From contig OX597814.1 of NCBI GenBank assembly GCA_951406725.2, positions 95,294,001-95,358,000 on the forward strand: a DNA stretch of 64,000 nt, read 5' to 3'. The notes under the pieces were generated by a model, which did no database searches, was not told where the DNA came from, and worked only from the letters and a program-made list of their open reading frames with translations. The DNA is from Octopus vulgaris (taxonomy: Eukaryota). Shown here in pieces: positions 11,692 through 25,738 of this stretch (its first letter is position 1; every line of letters begins with the position of its first letter). Position numbers and translations under genes: made by a program.

Positions 11692-12569
11692 TAGAAAAAA
11701 AAACCCCACCTTTTATCAATTCAATAATGAAAAATTATTAAATAATACCATTTAGAAAAATTACATATTACAGAAAGATTAAATATAAGATGAAACATAT
11801 AACAATGATTAAATAATGTGCAAAATAGTAAATAGTAAGTTTGGAATAATATTCCCTTATATTATATATATATATATATATATGTCTATATCTCTCCTGT
11901 TATGTGATGTGTCAATATGTGTTTGTATATGTGTGTTTGTCCGTCTCCGTGTCCTATGTGTTTATGCTTGAATTTATAATGTTATCAGCACCAGCTGAAA
12001 GCAATCAATGTAAAACGTTCAACCCCATTCCCAAGAACTTAGAAGACACCAACCAGTAGCACTTGCCAGACTGAAACACCTGGAGACAACCATGTTAACA
12101 TGATCTGTAGAGGCTAGCAAAGAGGAAGAGCGAAAAGACTAAGACAAGCAAGAAATGATCAAGACTTCCTCCTGCAATGAAAACAATCACCAGAGGATTA
12201 ATGGAGCCAACACTGCCCCCAGAATTTGTATTTATTTGTTAGTTTTACATCAAATTACACCATTTTACAGGATTAATATCATATTTTACCCACTTGGTCA
12301 CTGGGTGCCTTGTTTTATTTACTATTCACTAAATTGCCAGCTCTCAGACTATTCAGAGCTCTCAGTTCTCTCCCTGCAGCCGTGTGATAAGAAGCTTTCT
12401 TCCCAACCAGATGGTTCCGGGTTCAGTCACACTATGGGGCACCTTGGGCAAGTATCTTCTACTATAGCTTTGAGACAACCAAAGCTACGTAAGTGTATCT
12501 AGTAGATGGAAACTGAAAGAAGCTGATCATATATATGTATACATACATATATATACACATCTATATATA

Positions 12570-12960
12570 TTCTTTTATTCTTTTGATTGCAGCCATGCTG
12601 GAGCATCACATTTAGTTGAACAAATCGACTCCAGGCTTTATTCTTTGTAAGCCTAGTATTTATTCTATTGGTCTCTTTTGCTGAACTGCTAAGTAACAGG
12701 GATGTAAACACACCAATATCAGTTGTCAAGCAATGGGGGGAGGGCAAACACAGACACACACATACATACATAGACACACGCACACACACAGACACACACA
12801 TACACAAACACACACACACACACATATATACGACGGGCTTCTTTCAGTTTCCGTCCACTCACAAGGCTTTGGTCAGCCCGAGGCTATAGTAGAAGACACT
12901 TGACTGAACCCGGAACCATGTGGTTGGTAAGCAAGCTACATACCAGACAGCCACTCCTGC
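12570..12960 (-). mobile_element. tRNA-derived SINE family B (CORE-like)
   Basis: Head GCAGGAGTGGCTGTCTGGTA...GGTTCCGGGTTCAGTC, internal microsatellite, tail GCTCCAGCATGGCTGCAATC; many copies (for example 9680-9830, 23249-23582, 32440-32600, 52322-52700). Confidence 0.8.
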
Positions 12961-12963
12961 GTG

Positions 12964-12996
<33 letters not shown>

Positions 12997-14101
12997 GGGG
13001 GGGCAGAGTCTTTGTGTCTGTGTTTGTCCCTCATCACTGCTTAACAACTAGTGTTGGAGTTTTTACATCTCTATAACTTAGCAGATTGGCAAAAGAGACC
13101 AATGGAATAAGTGCCAGGCTTAAAAGAAGAAATAATAAGTACTGAGGTCGATTCATTTGACTGAAAATTCCTCAACGCAGTGCCCCAGCATGGCCGCAGT
13201 CTAATGATTGAAACATGTAAAAAGATGAAAAGAATACATATATATTCTTTTATTCTTTGATTCATCTGACTGTGGTCCTGCTGGAGTACCGCCTTAAAGG
13301 GTTTTAGTCAAAGAAGTCGACCCAGGACTTATTTTTTGTAAGCCTAGTACTTATTCAAACGGTCTCTTTTTGCTGAACCACTAAGTTATGGGGACATAAA
13401 CACACCAACATCAGTTGTCAAGTGATGGCAGGGGGACAAACAGAGGCACAAAGACACACATACATAAATATAGTGCCACTTTGACTGGCTTCTGTGCCAG
13501 TGGCACGTAAAAAGCACCAACCGATTATGGCCATTGCCAGTCTCCTCTGGCCCTTGTGCCGGTGGCATGTAAAAAGCACCACACTCACGGAGTGGTTGGC
13601 ATTAGGAAGGGCATCCAGCTGTAGGAACACTGCCAGATCAGACTGGAGCCTGGTGTAGCCTCCTGGCTCCCCAGACCCCAGTCGAACTGTCCAATTCGTG
13701 CTAGCATGGAAAACGGACATTAAACGATGATGATGATGATGATGTATATATTCCATGCCTGTGGAAAATCCACAAGTGACAAATGTTCAGTTTTACTTGA
13801 AACAAAGAGTATTAACAGAGGTGAAGTGAATAAAATGCATCATCACCATCATCATCATCATTTCATTTTAATGACCACTTTTCCATGTTCACCATGGTCT
13901 GATGGAATTCAATAAGCAAATTTTGTATGACCAGATGCTCTTCCTGTCACCAACCCTTTCGCTTGTTTCCATGCAAGGTAATATCATCCCATGGCCAAAC
14001 ATGTTCTCACGGAATATTGGAAATGATAGACACTACTTGTATGAGATGGCACTCACTTATAGCTTTTATATGAGGTGTAAACAAAGACAGAGAGAGAGAG
14101 A

Positions 14102-14226
14102 GGTAATTATGTGGATAAACAAATTAGATACACCAAATATATTAAATATATATTTATACCCAAACTAACATATTTAATATATTTAATATATTTGATGTAT
14201 CTAATTTGTTTATCCACATAACTGCC
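14102..14226. repeat. Hairpin / inverted repeat, 49-bp arms
   Basis: 14102-14150 pairs with 14178-14226, three mismatches seen. Confidence 0.8.
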
Positions 14227-14389
14227 TTTAGAGCCACTCAAATTGATCCCTCTCACAGCCTTTCTTCCCTTGTTGAAGGATCTCCTGTAAAGACATCAGA
14301 GTCCAAGTTTGAATCTTTTGAGCACTGTTAAGTGTCTTCTATACAAACAATCTCTGGATCTCATCTGTGAACTATATATATATTATATA

Positions 14390-14453
<64 letters not shown>

Positions 14454-14788
14454 GACAAGTTTCTCTTAGCTTTCATCTACCAAATCCACACATAAGGCTA
14501 TAAGGCTTTGGCCAGCTATAGTAGAAGTGGAACTGAACCTGAAGCATTGTGATTGGGAAGTAAACTTCTGGACTACACTGCCATGCATGTTTCTCTTTCA
14601 GCTGGCATGCCATCGGTTATGATGATGAGAGTTCTACTTGATCCAATCAATAGAACAGCCTGCTTGTGAAATTAACATGCAAGTGACTGAGCATTCAACA
14701 GACATGCCTACCCTTGATGTAGTTCTCAAGGAGATCCAGCATCATACAGAAAGCAGCAAGACCAAAATTTGAAACATTATTGTTGTTA

Positions 14789-14834
<46 letters not shown>

Positions 14835-14893
14835 CATTATTATCATCATTATTATTATTATCATTATTATCATCATCATCATCATCATCATCA

Positions 14894-14925
<32 letters not shown>

Positions 14926-15783
14926 TCTTAATTAATTGTAGTGATGTCTAAAAAGCAAACTAAAGAACAAAAATATATACTCTTATGTAACAAGAAGCCT
15001 TCATTGTGAACTAAAATTTTATAATGTAATGTTTTTGATATAATCAGATAAAAATCTGATCTTATAGTTTGTTATTGTTACAGAAAAATAAGCAAAGGAT
15101 AGTGATGAGAGCCAAACACAATGCTTTCATCATCATTCTTGACTATAATCAAATAAAAACGTCTATTTTATCTTGTCTTATGCATATTCTGTCTGCAACA
15201 AAATATATGTCTTCCAAAATTTGACTTCAGACATACCCAGATGCATACATACTTTCAAACACATACAGACACATACATGCATACACATAATACATACACA
15301 TAAATATTATCTACATGAGAACCTTCATGAACCAAAGTCTTTTTCTCTAAATATATGCACATTAAAAGAAAAAAAATCTATTCTTTTAGCATTTCATTTC
15401 ATAAGCAGACATACCTATATCAACTTACATAAACCATTAACTGCATTGTCCAGAGAATAATACAACTTACTAGTTACTTTTCAAGCATTCCAGAAAAGTT
15501 CAATCACATTATTCAAGGTCAATCGCATTATTCATGTTATTGTCCCCAAATAGTGAGAGTGCAACTCACTTCTTACACTGGCCTGAATTCACTTATAATT
15601 TTGGCAAGCATCTCAAGAACTTCTTCAGATCTACCTTCACATTTACAAACATTTCAAGCTAACAAAGATAAACAAAAGAAATAGCCAAAAATCACAGGTG
15701 GCATTCATATATGTAGTATCTTACAGCAAGTAGCTCCATGTCTACTAATCTGTCTCTACCACCTGAGAAAAAAACATATAAAA

Positions 15784-15841
<58 letters not shown>

Positions 15842-15847
15842 AATAAC

Positions 15848-15880
<33 letters not shown>

Positions 15881-15881
<1 letters not shown>

Positions 15882-16255
15882 TAGAAGCTATACCTGGATC
15901 CTCAACACTACACACTATCCAAAAAATAGTCCTGCTACTATCAATTCAATAATACGACCTAAACAAAACAATCTACAAACACAAGACATTCTATATAAGA
16001 AATATCCAATGAAATAAACTACCACAAGCAGGCTATATATCCAATGAATTACACACACATCACACAAGACAAAGACTAATACAACAAAAGACTGCCCACA
16101 TCCCATAAAAAAACAAAAGAAACTGACACAGCACAATACTGGGAAGGGTTAGCACACACCTCAGCAACAAAAAAGAACACAGTGTTGCACACACCCCAGC
16201 AACAGGAAAGTGTAGCAGGTGGTGCAGTAGAAATTTGCTTGAAACTACCAAATGT
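15881..16255 (+). mobile_element. R4/Dong-like non-LTR 3' fragment after a (TAA)n tract
   Basis: VEAIPGSSTLHTIQKIVLL resembles the extreme C-terminus of restriction-like-endonuclease retrotransposons (IPG...IQK.VLL); degenerate; 3' boundary approximate. Confidence 0.5.
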
Positions 16256-16317
16256 TTGATGATGATGAAAGAGGAGGAGGGAGTGAGAAGGAGGGGAGGG
16301 AGGGGAGGGGAGGGGGA

Positions 16318-16458
16318 GAAGAAGAAGAAGAAGAAGAAGAAGAAGAAGAAGAAGAAGAAGAAGAAGAAGAAGAAGAAGAAGAAGAAGAAGAAGAAGAAGA
16401 AGAAGAAGAAGAAGAAGAAGAAGAAGAAGAAGAAGAAGAAGAAGAAGAAGAAGAAGAA
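16318..16458 (+). repeat. Perfect (GAA)47 microsatellite
   Basis: 141 bp of uninterrupted GAA units. Confidence 0.95.
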
Positions 16459-16487
16459 AGCAGTGGCGGCAACGGTGATGATGATCA

Positions 16488-16710
16488 GAAGGCATCGAGA
16501 GTAATATAAACAAAATTGGAATAGAGCACCCAGTAGAACTGTTACAAAAGGTTTGCCTCCTTGGCACGGCCAGAATAATCAGGAAAGCATTTGATAGTTG
16601 AAAAGGACAAATAACATGGTACCATAAGCTGCAGGCAGTAAGCTCGCTATGCATGCAAGACTACAGGAGTTCCAACAAATCTTGAGAAAACAAAGAAATA
16701 ATAATAATAA
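16488..16710 (+). mobile_element. R4/Dong-like non-LTR 3' fragment with (TAA)n tail
   Basis: 16488-16601 translates EGIESNINKIGIEHPVELLQKVCLLGTARIIRKAFDS*, matching the LQK..LLGTA.I.R C-terminal motif of R4/Dong-clade elements; short UTR then (TAA)n. Confidence 0.7.
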
Positions 16711-17419
16711 TAGTTGTTGCTGTAACATATCAGAGAAACCAGCTAGTGTAAATAATATAAAGCACTGAGACAAGCACAATGTAGTAATGAACAATATATT
16801 TCTGCTGTTGTTTAACTCAAGTCCATTCTAACTTAACAGACATACCTATGACAAAAAACATTTAAACTTTGAACATGCTGATTTTTTTTTTTTTAAGTGG
16901 AGTGTCTTCAGGACCATATTATACTGTGCCCTTCTTTCTTTCAAAAGGTATGGGACAAATTGAAGGAAATTCAGTAGTGATTCAAGCAATCATGCTGAAG
17001 CCCTCGCATTGAACAGTATGTGTTTATTGGCGAGGATATGTTCAAACAAAAGTTGATCATTACTATTTTATGATAATTTATTATATGCCTTGTCTACAAT
17101 ATAGAAACAGAGAGAGAGAGAGAGAGAAGGAAGGACAAAGGAAGGGAGAGAGAGAAGGAAGGACAAAGGAAGGGAGAGAGAGAAGGAACGACAAGAGAGA
17201 GAGAGAGATGAAAAGAAGAAAATAACTCATTGAGAAAAGAAAGAGAGTTAAAGGTCAAATTAAGTTTGACATGATTCAAAATTGAAACTTGTTTCAAATT
17301 TGAATCTTGTTTCAGTCCTAAGTTTCACTTTCAATCATTCATGTCATGTTAACAGTAAATTTAATCCAGTGCTGTTATTTCTAGTTATTTAGAGGAAGCA
17401 ACAACCAATTTTACAAAAC

Positions 17420-17920
17420 TCATATTGACTTAATATGAAATTTATCGTGTCTAGAGTTGCAAAGGAAGAAAAGTGCCATTTACAAAATTTTAACTAGTTC
17501 TTGTATTACTGAATAAAAAAAGAAAAAGAAAAGAATGAATAAATGAAAGCAGAAATTAGAAATAATTTCCATAAAGCAAGACTTATAATGATGCATAGTG
17601 TTCTGAAGCAATTATATACTGTGGATAAGGTGAAAGGAGAAAAGTCCTATGAGCTGGAGGAAGTCAGTTTCATTTAAGTTATGATTGATGGGGGTTAAGT
17701 GATTGTTCTGTGTCGGAAAATGATGCTGTTTACATCAAATTTGTGGAAGATGGTCATCCGGTAAATAGGATATTTTCCTTTGTGAATTGGAACAAGTGCA
17801 TACAGATAGAATTTCAGATGCCATAAATATAGCTTTCAACCTGACTGATTTTGAATGTTATTAAGAAAAGGTCATTGTTTGTTGTATTTTCTTTGTTGTT
17901 GTTGTTGTTTTTTTCTTGCT
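17420..17920 (+). pseudogene. hAT transposase remnant (ZNF862-like type)
   Basis: Frameshifted peptides RVAKEE-PFTKF and VMIDGG-SDCSVSENDAVYIKFVEDGHPVNR resemble the hAT first catalytic Asp region; several stops and frameshifts. Confidence 0.6.
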
Positions 17921-18338
17921 TGGATGTGGGCATCTGTCAATCTTGGTCAAACTGGTAGAATAGTAAAGAAGGGGTGGTAAAAAAAAATATGCATAAAGAA
18001 GACAGAGAAATCTAATCCCAAACTGAGTTGACATTGATTGAAAATTTCTCTGTCAAATTTGGAAGAGAATGACCTTTCATTTAGGAACTTCTACCTATGA
18101 GGCAGAATGAACTCCAAAGCCTCCTACAGAGCCTTTGGAGTTGATGCTAACATTCAACTAGAAACATAAAACCTTCCCTAAAAAAAATCATGCCCTATAA
18201 TCTTAGAGAAGGACAAATTGAATAATATGCTTCTGGATTCCCTGTGCATAGCAAAAAAGATATGGGGTCATGGCAAGGATACCTTTGATCATAGGTTTTC
18301 TAAATCAGAGCTGACCTGGGGCTAAGCAATAACATTAA

Positions 18339-18562
18339 CCCGTTTGTTACCATATTTTGTCAACATATGCTGCCTTTGTTTCAGTTATTTTTTTTTTTTT
18401 AATAATGAAGGATTTAGTAAAATAACTTTCTCATTATTAAGCTGGGGTCTGAAACAAATTAGCATAAAATTTTAAGGGAAGATTATAATTTAGATGACTT
18501 TAAAACAGTAAATTTATCTCATAGAAGCTGGAGTGGTCTCAGGTGAGCTGGTATCAAAAGAG
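18339..18562. mobile_element. piggyBac-type MITE family 2
   Basis: TTAA on both sides (18335-18338, 18563-18566); reverse-complement homolog at 31499-31720. Confidence 0.75.
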
Positions 18563-18878
18563 TTAACTTCAATAGTGCATTTTTATAATAGCAATTCAAC
18601 TCCTAAAGGATTGTTAGGAGAGAAATAAATTTGGAGAATCTCATATAAAAAACAGTGTTACTTCACTGCATAAGAAATGCAATACAAGAAAATAAATTAA
18701 GAGAAGTAACAACAAATGCCACAAAAGTTTAGTAGATTCAGAATTCTCTTTAGATATATATTTTTCAGTTCCTTCATGCTAACAGAACTTAGAAAAGTTT
18801 CATTTCCTTTATCTCAAAGTAAAACAGATTGAGTCTATTACCACATTAAATTTTTTAATAAATAAGATTGATCAACAT

Positions 18879-19104
18879 ACAGAGGTGGGAAAGAGTAGGT
18901 ATACAGTTGCTTAATATGAATGGAATGCTCTTTTCATTTCTCTATTTCTGTTTTAAAACCAAAACGATTCAAAAGTCAACTAAGGGATCTGTGGGAGATG
19001 CCTGGTTCATAAGAAGCCTTCTTTTTTTGATTTCTGGAGACTTTCAGTAAAAAGAACATTCCATTCATATTAAGCAATTGTATACTTACTTTTGGCCACC
19101 CATG
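18879..19104. mobile_element. Tc1/mariner-type MITE
   Basis: About 50-bp imperfect TIRs beginning CAGAGGTGGGAAAGAGTAGGTATACAGTTGCTTAATATGAATGGAATG, reverse complement at about 19051-19104. Confidence 0.65.
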
Positions 19105-19324
19105 CATTTTTGCTAATATTATAGCTCATGTATTTATATATATCTACAATAAAGAAACAGACTGAATCCTTTATCCTTTATTTGTTTTAGTCATTGGGCA
19201 ACAACTTGGACTGATTTCTTTCACTAAAACTTGAAAGGTTTAGTGAAAGAAAAAAATCAACTGCAGTACCTATTTTTTTAAAGCCTGGTATTCATTCAAT
19301 CAATCAATCAATCTATCTGTCTAT

Positions 19325-19397
<73 letters not shown>

Positions 19398-19914
19398 GCA
19401 CAACAGGCTTCTTTGAGTTTCTGCTTACAAAATCCACTCACAAGCCTTTGAGTGGTCCAGAGCTACAGTACCAGACACTTGCCCAAGATATCAAACTTCT
19501 TAACCATATAGTTTTCAGTCTATATATATATGTGTGTGTGTGTGTTGTAGTAGTAGTAGTAGTAGTAGAAAAATTAATGTGGTGCTATTATGCAGTTATA
19601 AATGGTTTAACTCTTATTTCTAGCAATATTTGTGCTTGTAGCACATACAGTCACAGTTAGTGGCAACTTTATATAAATATATATTCTGATATGAGCTTCC
19701 AACATGGAAGTATTCTTCCTGGACACCTACAATATGAGGAACATTATCTTACCTGGATTCACATTGGATTGTACATAAAGGCTCATGGATTAGTACCTGC
19801 ACTATCGGAAACTTAAACTGTGAACTTTTATATATATATATCTTTCTATATTCTCTTTTTCCTACATTTCACCATCATTTCTGTAATCTATACCCTCTCA
19901 CTTTCTCACTATCT

Positions 19915-19973
19915 GTCTCTGATGACGGGATATTTCACATGTTTTTAGGATATCCCAGAAACAGCTGTAAGAC
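19915..19973 (+). ncRNA. Type I hammerhead ribozyme
   Basis: GTCT-CTGATGA-c GGGATAT...ATATCCC a-GAAA-CAGCTG-TA-AGAC; canonical core, 7-bp stem II, palindromic stem III, AATAAA at 19998-20003, (TA)n on both sides. Confidence 0.82.
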
Positions 19974-20053
19974 TTTAAAAATTGCTTAATTATTTTTAAT
20001 AAACATAACATATGACTAGAGATGTCTTGCCTTGATGTTTGTTTACCTTCTTC

Positions 20054-20100
<47 letters not shown>

Positions 20101-20320
20101 AAAACACACACAAAAACACACACAGACACACAGAGACACACACACACACACACCTCCACAGAATGATCATAGAAAGTGTGACCCCAAATGACATTTGCCA
20201 GGCCAACCTATGCACAACACACACTCAGTGACATTGAAATGGACAGCCAAAGTTCTTATAAAACCACAGGGGGTCCAGCAGACCAACGGAAATAACACTT
20301 CTTCACTCTCAGATATAAAT

Positions 20321-20392
<72 letters not shown>

Positions 20393-20635
20393 ACATATTT
20401 TCTCTCTGTCTCACTTCCTCCTCACCCACTACTACGAAACTATAAAAAGGTTCAAACTACCCACAACTGATTTGATTTGAAAACCCACTAGAATGGGAGC
20501 AAGCGCTAATCCGAATGATATGATATATATGTAAAAAATGTAATATATAAATAAATATCTACAAATATGAACCATCTGATCTGATTACCTCAATTTTTCT
20601 AATATATAATACCTGTACATCATCTCCAAACCTTC

Positions 20636-20684
<49 letters not shown>

Positions 20685-20787
20685 GGAGTAAACACATAAA
20701 TGTGAAACAAGGTGGAAAAAAAGAGTACTCAAATACCAGTGGTAGAGTAATATGCTTTATTTAAAGCAGCAGAAAATTCAACAAAAC

Positions 20788-20825
20788 CTGTTACTCTGAG
20801 TTTCCCGTTGCCGTTCATCGGACAG
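20788..20825 (-). ncRNA. Minimal type I hammerhead ribozyme (CCGAUGA core variant)
   Basis: Minus strand: CTGT-CCGATGA-a CG gcaa CG g-GAAA-CTC a GAG-TA-ACAG, followed by AATAAA; host element about 20683-20867 lies inside (TA)n. Confidence 0.7.
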
Positions 20826-20884
20826 TTTTTGCTAGAATGGAACCGATATGTCAATTCTATCCAGACTATATATATATATATATG

Positions 20885-20920
<36 letters not shown>

Positions 20921-21015
20921 TATATATATATATATATATATATATATAGCATTAAACTAATAATCTGCTTGTTGTTTATACAACTCTCTTTGTTTTTTTT
21001 TCTTTTGTAAATTCC

Positions 21016-21132
<117 letters not shown>

Positions 21133-22989
21133 TGAAAGTGAGCCGGCAGAGCCATTAGCATGCAGGGCAAAATGTTGAGTGAGATTTCTTCCATCTTTAC
21201 ATTCTGAGTTCAAATTCTGCTACGGTCAACCTTGCCTTTCATCCTTTCAAAGCCAATAAAATAGTACAAGTTGAGCACTGGAATCTATGTACCTGACTTA
21301 GCCTCTTCCTCAAAATTGCCATAATTTGAAACCAATATTTGACATATGGAATTAATTCACACTTTAGTCATGTCATGTGTTTGTTATGTAATTATTTCAT
21401 TCTTTTGTAATCAACATTTTATGAAACTCTATGATTAACTCAGTACATGTAAATAATACAGAACTCCACCGCCAACCAACTGTAAAGATTAAAAAGCCCT
21501 TCACCTTACTACTGATATCTCTCTACCACCCTATACCATCACCAGAACTATTACCTCATTGAACCTCATTCCTACCACCAATACCTCTACCATGTTTGCA
21601 GCTATTACTATGATCCATTTACCACCACCACCACCACCATTTTCACTCATTGGCACTACTCTCACCACAGCTACCACCAATTTTATAATCAACAGAATTG
21701 GTTCAAATTTTACCATCTTTGTCTCTTCCTTGTGTATTACATTTAAGGAACGGTTTCCGCTTTTATTTCTATTTATATTGTGAATTAATAAATCTAATAA
21801 TATTGCAGCTGTTACAGAACTTCAGGACATTCTTCAGACTTCTTTCTCTTTTTGTCATTTCTTTTCAGCAGACAGTAACAGTTCTTTTATTTATATTTTT
21901 TTTGTTAGTATGTTATTTTTTTTTGTCTGTTTATTTGTTTTGTTTTCTGCTAAACTACTTTCTGTTTTCTAAGAATTAACTTTGGGTTACGGATTTTACT
22001 TTCAAGACAATTAGTTTATTAGAAATTCTGTTCATCCAAAACAACAAAATCCATACTCTTAAAAGAAGCCACATTATTCTGACACCAATCATTCTCTATC
22101 TCCTTTCTCTCCATATTTCTTTGTTTCATGAAAACTATGCAAACTGCAACACAATATATAAACAATTCAAGTCAGAAAATGGGCAGTGGAGTGACAAAAT
22201 TAATACAGTATCAGATAGAAGTCTTTGCAGGCAAAATCATTAGAATACCAGGCAGAAGCTTAGCAGCATTTCATTCTTCTTCATATTCTGATTTCTAATT
22301 CCACAAAGGTCGAGTTTATCTTTCACCCATTAGCGGATCAATAAAATAAGTACCAGCTGAGCACTGGCCGACGGAGGTGGGGATGTAATCAACTCCCCCC
22401 ACACACACACACACACCTGAAATTGTTGGTCTTGCACCACAATTTGAAATCATTATTTGGTTATGATTTTGTTACATTTGTTACAAGTGAAGTCATGTCA
22501 CTTAGTGGTTAGGGTGTTGGATTCACGACTGTAAGATTGTGGTTTTGAACCCTGGACCAGGTGATCTGTTGTGTTCTTGAGCAAAACACTTCATTTCACA
22601 CTGCTCCAGCCCACTCAGCTGTAGAAATGAGCTTATCTGGGAGAGGGATAAGCTTTATCACCCAAGATACACTGCATGACTGCAGCGCTCCAAAGACTCC
22701 CAAGGAGTTAAGGGACTCGTCATTGTCACTGTCATTGTTACATTCTGAGTTCAAATCCTCCTACTGAAAATAATGTTGCTTTTGTCCTCTATCATCACTC
22801 TCAACTCCTAGAACAATACTGTCGCAAGTCCTAAGGTGCAAAGGGCTAGTAACCCAGTTTCATGGCATATACAGGACCAAAATGACAACACTCTTCCTAA
22901 ACGGGATGCCAATTCATTACAGGATTACCCATTTTCAGCTGAGGGGACGGGAACAATGTAAAATGAAGCATTTTGCTCAAGAACATGAA

Positions 22990-23233
22990 TGTGTGGGCAA
23001 ACTATAAAGACTACTAGTCAACACGTGGCAACTTAGTCCACACTGGGAGCCATGTAGTTGACAACATTAGGGGCTGGTGTCAAACATGTGGTTCAAAGTC
23101 TGCTGGAAGTCAACATGAGTGGTTTACGTGAATAGTTGGTTCGATGTCGGTGACATGTGGTCGATGCAAGGAGGTTGAGGTCAAGCAGTTCGTGTTGAAC
23201 AGTTGACGCAGTAGTTGGTGTCAGAGGTGGGAT
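22990..23233 (+). mobile_element. Possible LTR fragment plus tRNA-Leu primer-binding site
   Basis: TGGTGTCAGAGGTGGGAT (23216-23233) is one mismatch from TGGTGTCAGAAGTGGGAT, the complement of a tRNA-Leu 3' end; preceded by a GC-richer segment; no gag/pol follows; 5' boundary approximate. Confidence 0.45.
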
Positions 23234-24186
23234 ATTTACATTAAAAAAGGCGTGAGTGTGTGGTAAGTAGCTTGCTTACCAACCACATGGTTCTGGGTTA
23301 AGTCCCACTGTGTGGCACCTTGGGCAAGTGTCTTCTACTATAGCCTCAGGTCAATCAAAGCCTAGTGAGTGGATTTGGTAGATGGAAACTGAAAGAAGCC
23401 CGTTATATGTGTGTGTGTTTGTGTGTCTGTGTTTGTCCCCCCATCATTACTTGACAACCAATGGCGGTTCGGCAAAAGAGACCAACTACGCTTACAAAGA
23501 ATAAGTCCTGGGGTCGACATGTTTGATTAAAGGTGGTGGTCCAGCATGGCTTCAGTCAAATGACTGAAATGAATAAAAGAATATATACACTCTGAATTTA
23601 TGCTTTTCTATGCTTATGAGAAGGAAGGAACACTTTATACATATGGACATTTGTGTTTGAGCCTTCCTCTCTGAGAACTTGAACAGAATATATGGTGTCT
23701 TCTCTTAAATGAGAGAGAGAGTATGTGAGAGGTAACTTTATAGTAGAACTAATAACAATGTAAGAGATTCCATTCTGATTGGGAAATTAGAGCAGCAATG
23801 CATGACTTTTCTAGGCAAATTTAAATATATATATATACTTGATGGCACCTGCAACTTCATATAACATTCTCACTTTGATTGCCACACCTTAGTTCTGCTT
23901 AATGAATCATTTCCACTTAGAGTTGTTGATAAGAAGTAACTAATAAAGAGCATTCATTTGCAAAATCTACATAAATACTTCTTGAACAATGCTTGGATTG
24001 TTTTAAAAAAAACAAGACCATGAAACCCAATTCTAATGGTGAAACACCACTCCTCACCAAGGTCCTGCTCATAATTCAGCGGGGAACTTTAAGATCAGAA
24101 ATAAAAAAATAGAGAAGTTTGAAATGGGGGTTACAATGTAATGTTTGAAGAAGATTTCTGCATATGCATGTGTATGTGTGAAAGAG

Positions 24187-24270
<84 letters not shown>

Positions 24271-25384
24271 TATGGGAAGCAAGAAGGATGAACACAAGTA
24301 CAACATATCATTTCAAGAAGGGGTTAGTAGTTCTTAAGAACAAGGCCTTCAACTGTAGCAGCAGAATAGACAGAGATTTTATAGAGCTCAATAGTAGACC
24401 AAGGGAAGCAAGATGGCATGGTGGACAAAATGCTTAGCAGTATTTTATCTGTCTGTACATTCTGAGTTCAAATGCCATTGGGATTGACTTTGTCTTTCAT
24501 CCTTTCAGGGTCGATGAAATAAGTACCAGTTGACCACAAGCACCAATGTAATTGACTTGGCCCTTTCTCGAAACTGCTGGATTTGTGTCAAACTTTGAAA
24601 CCAATATTAGGTCAAGGATTAAAGATTTTCCTGCCACAAGAACAGTGCTTCGTTATGGAGCAAATTTGTACCTTAGGGAATGAATGCTATCCCAGGTTTC
24701 TTAATTGTGAAGAGACAGCCAAAACCTCTTTGATATGATTTCAGCAATGTTGAAAATATGAAAATTCTAGAAAAGATCACGAGAGAGAATGATTTAGTAA
24801 ATTGGTAATAGTTCACCAGAATTGGAAGACAGAGTAGGTCACAGTTCTTTTTGAAAATGAGTGACTTTTGGCATGTTTCTGTTGGTGTATACGGTGAAAG
24901 TTCTCTTTGATAGAATTAACAGATGTCCAGTCAAAGCTACTCACAGTGGCAAAGCTCTATTAGATTAAGAGTCAAAGATTTTGTCTCCATATAGCAGATG
25001 GTGTTTTTAGAGTAGATAAACTCAGCAAAAGTTACATTCACAGAAGCAGATGAATGCAATACTGTAAGCTAAAAAAACACTCTCAAATCTTATAATATTC
25101 CTACTGCTTTCAGCAACATATTTATCCATATTTAACAACTAGACTGTTTAGGGTTGCCATATCAGGATACAAGTAATGGATTATGCTATTTTTCTAGATT
25201 GCATGCTACATTTTTAAAGTTATTTATTACTTCAATATTTTTAATTTTTAACTGTAAAAAATTCTATTGATAATCATTAAATTATCCAACCAGCCTACAA
25301 ATTTTTTTTGCCTATTATTCCTGAAAGTAGAGTCCTCATGCATCTTCCTCCACTAGATCCTATCAGAAAAATGTTTCATTTTGA

Positions 25385-25738
25385 GTTTTATTTGTGTTCA
25401 ATGTAGCTTATTAAAGTAGTTAAATAGATATAGATAAGTCATCTAGTCTGCTACTTCATGAAATTTTGTACTTTTCTGAAATTGATCTGATGATTCTACG
25501 ACTGGCTGTGTCATCTCAGTGTAAAGTGATCTGGGACTTGGTCTGGTGACTAGATTGGAATCATGCACTTTGCAGTTGGTTATCTCATAGTGTACCCCAC
25601 AGTTAGTTACCTTGTAATCTAATGACCAAGATACTGACATGTAAAAACTGATAGCAGACATTGGAAATTAATAAAACTAGATGACTTATCTATATCTATT
25701 TGACTACTTTAATAAGCTACATTGAACACAAATAAAAC
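25385..25738. repeat. Inverted-repeat element, 63-bp arms
   Basis: 25385-25447 pairs with 25676-25738, one mismatch; 228-bp spacer. Confidence 0.85.

Noticed and set aside
16076-16654. Poly-L/K/E/S ORFs
   Set aside because: Translations of the (GAA)47 microsatellite.
19753-19796. Minus-strand 44-nt AG...GTAAGA bounded candidate exon
   Set aside because: Weak polypyrimidine tract and no similarity to the expected PGS1 continuation.
24640-25165. Possible transposase remnant and TAGGGTTGCCA terminus
   Set aside because: No partner terminus found and the peptide similarity is marginal.
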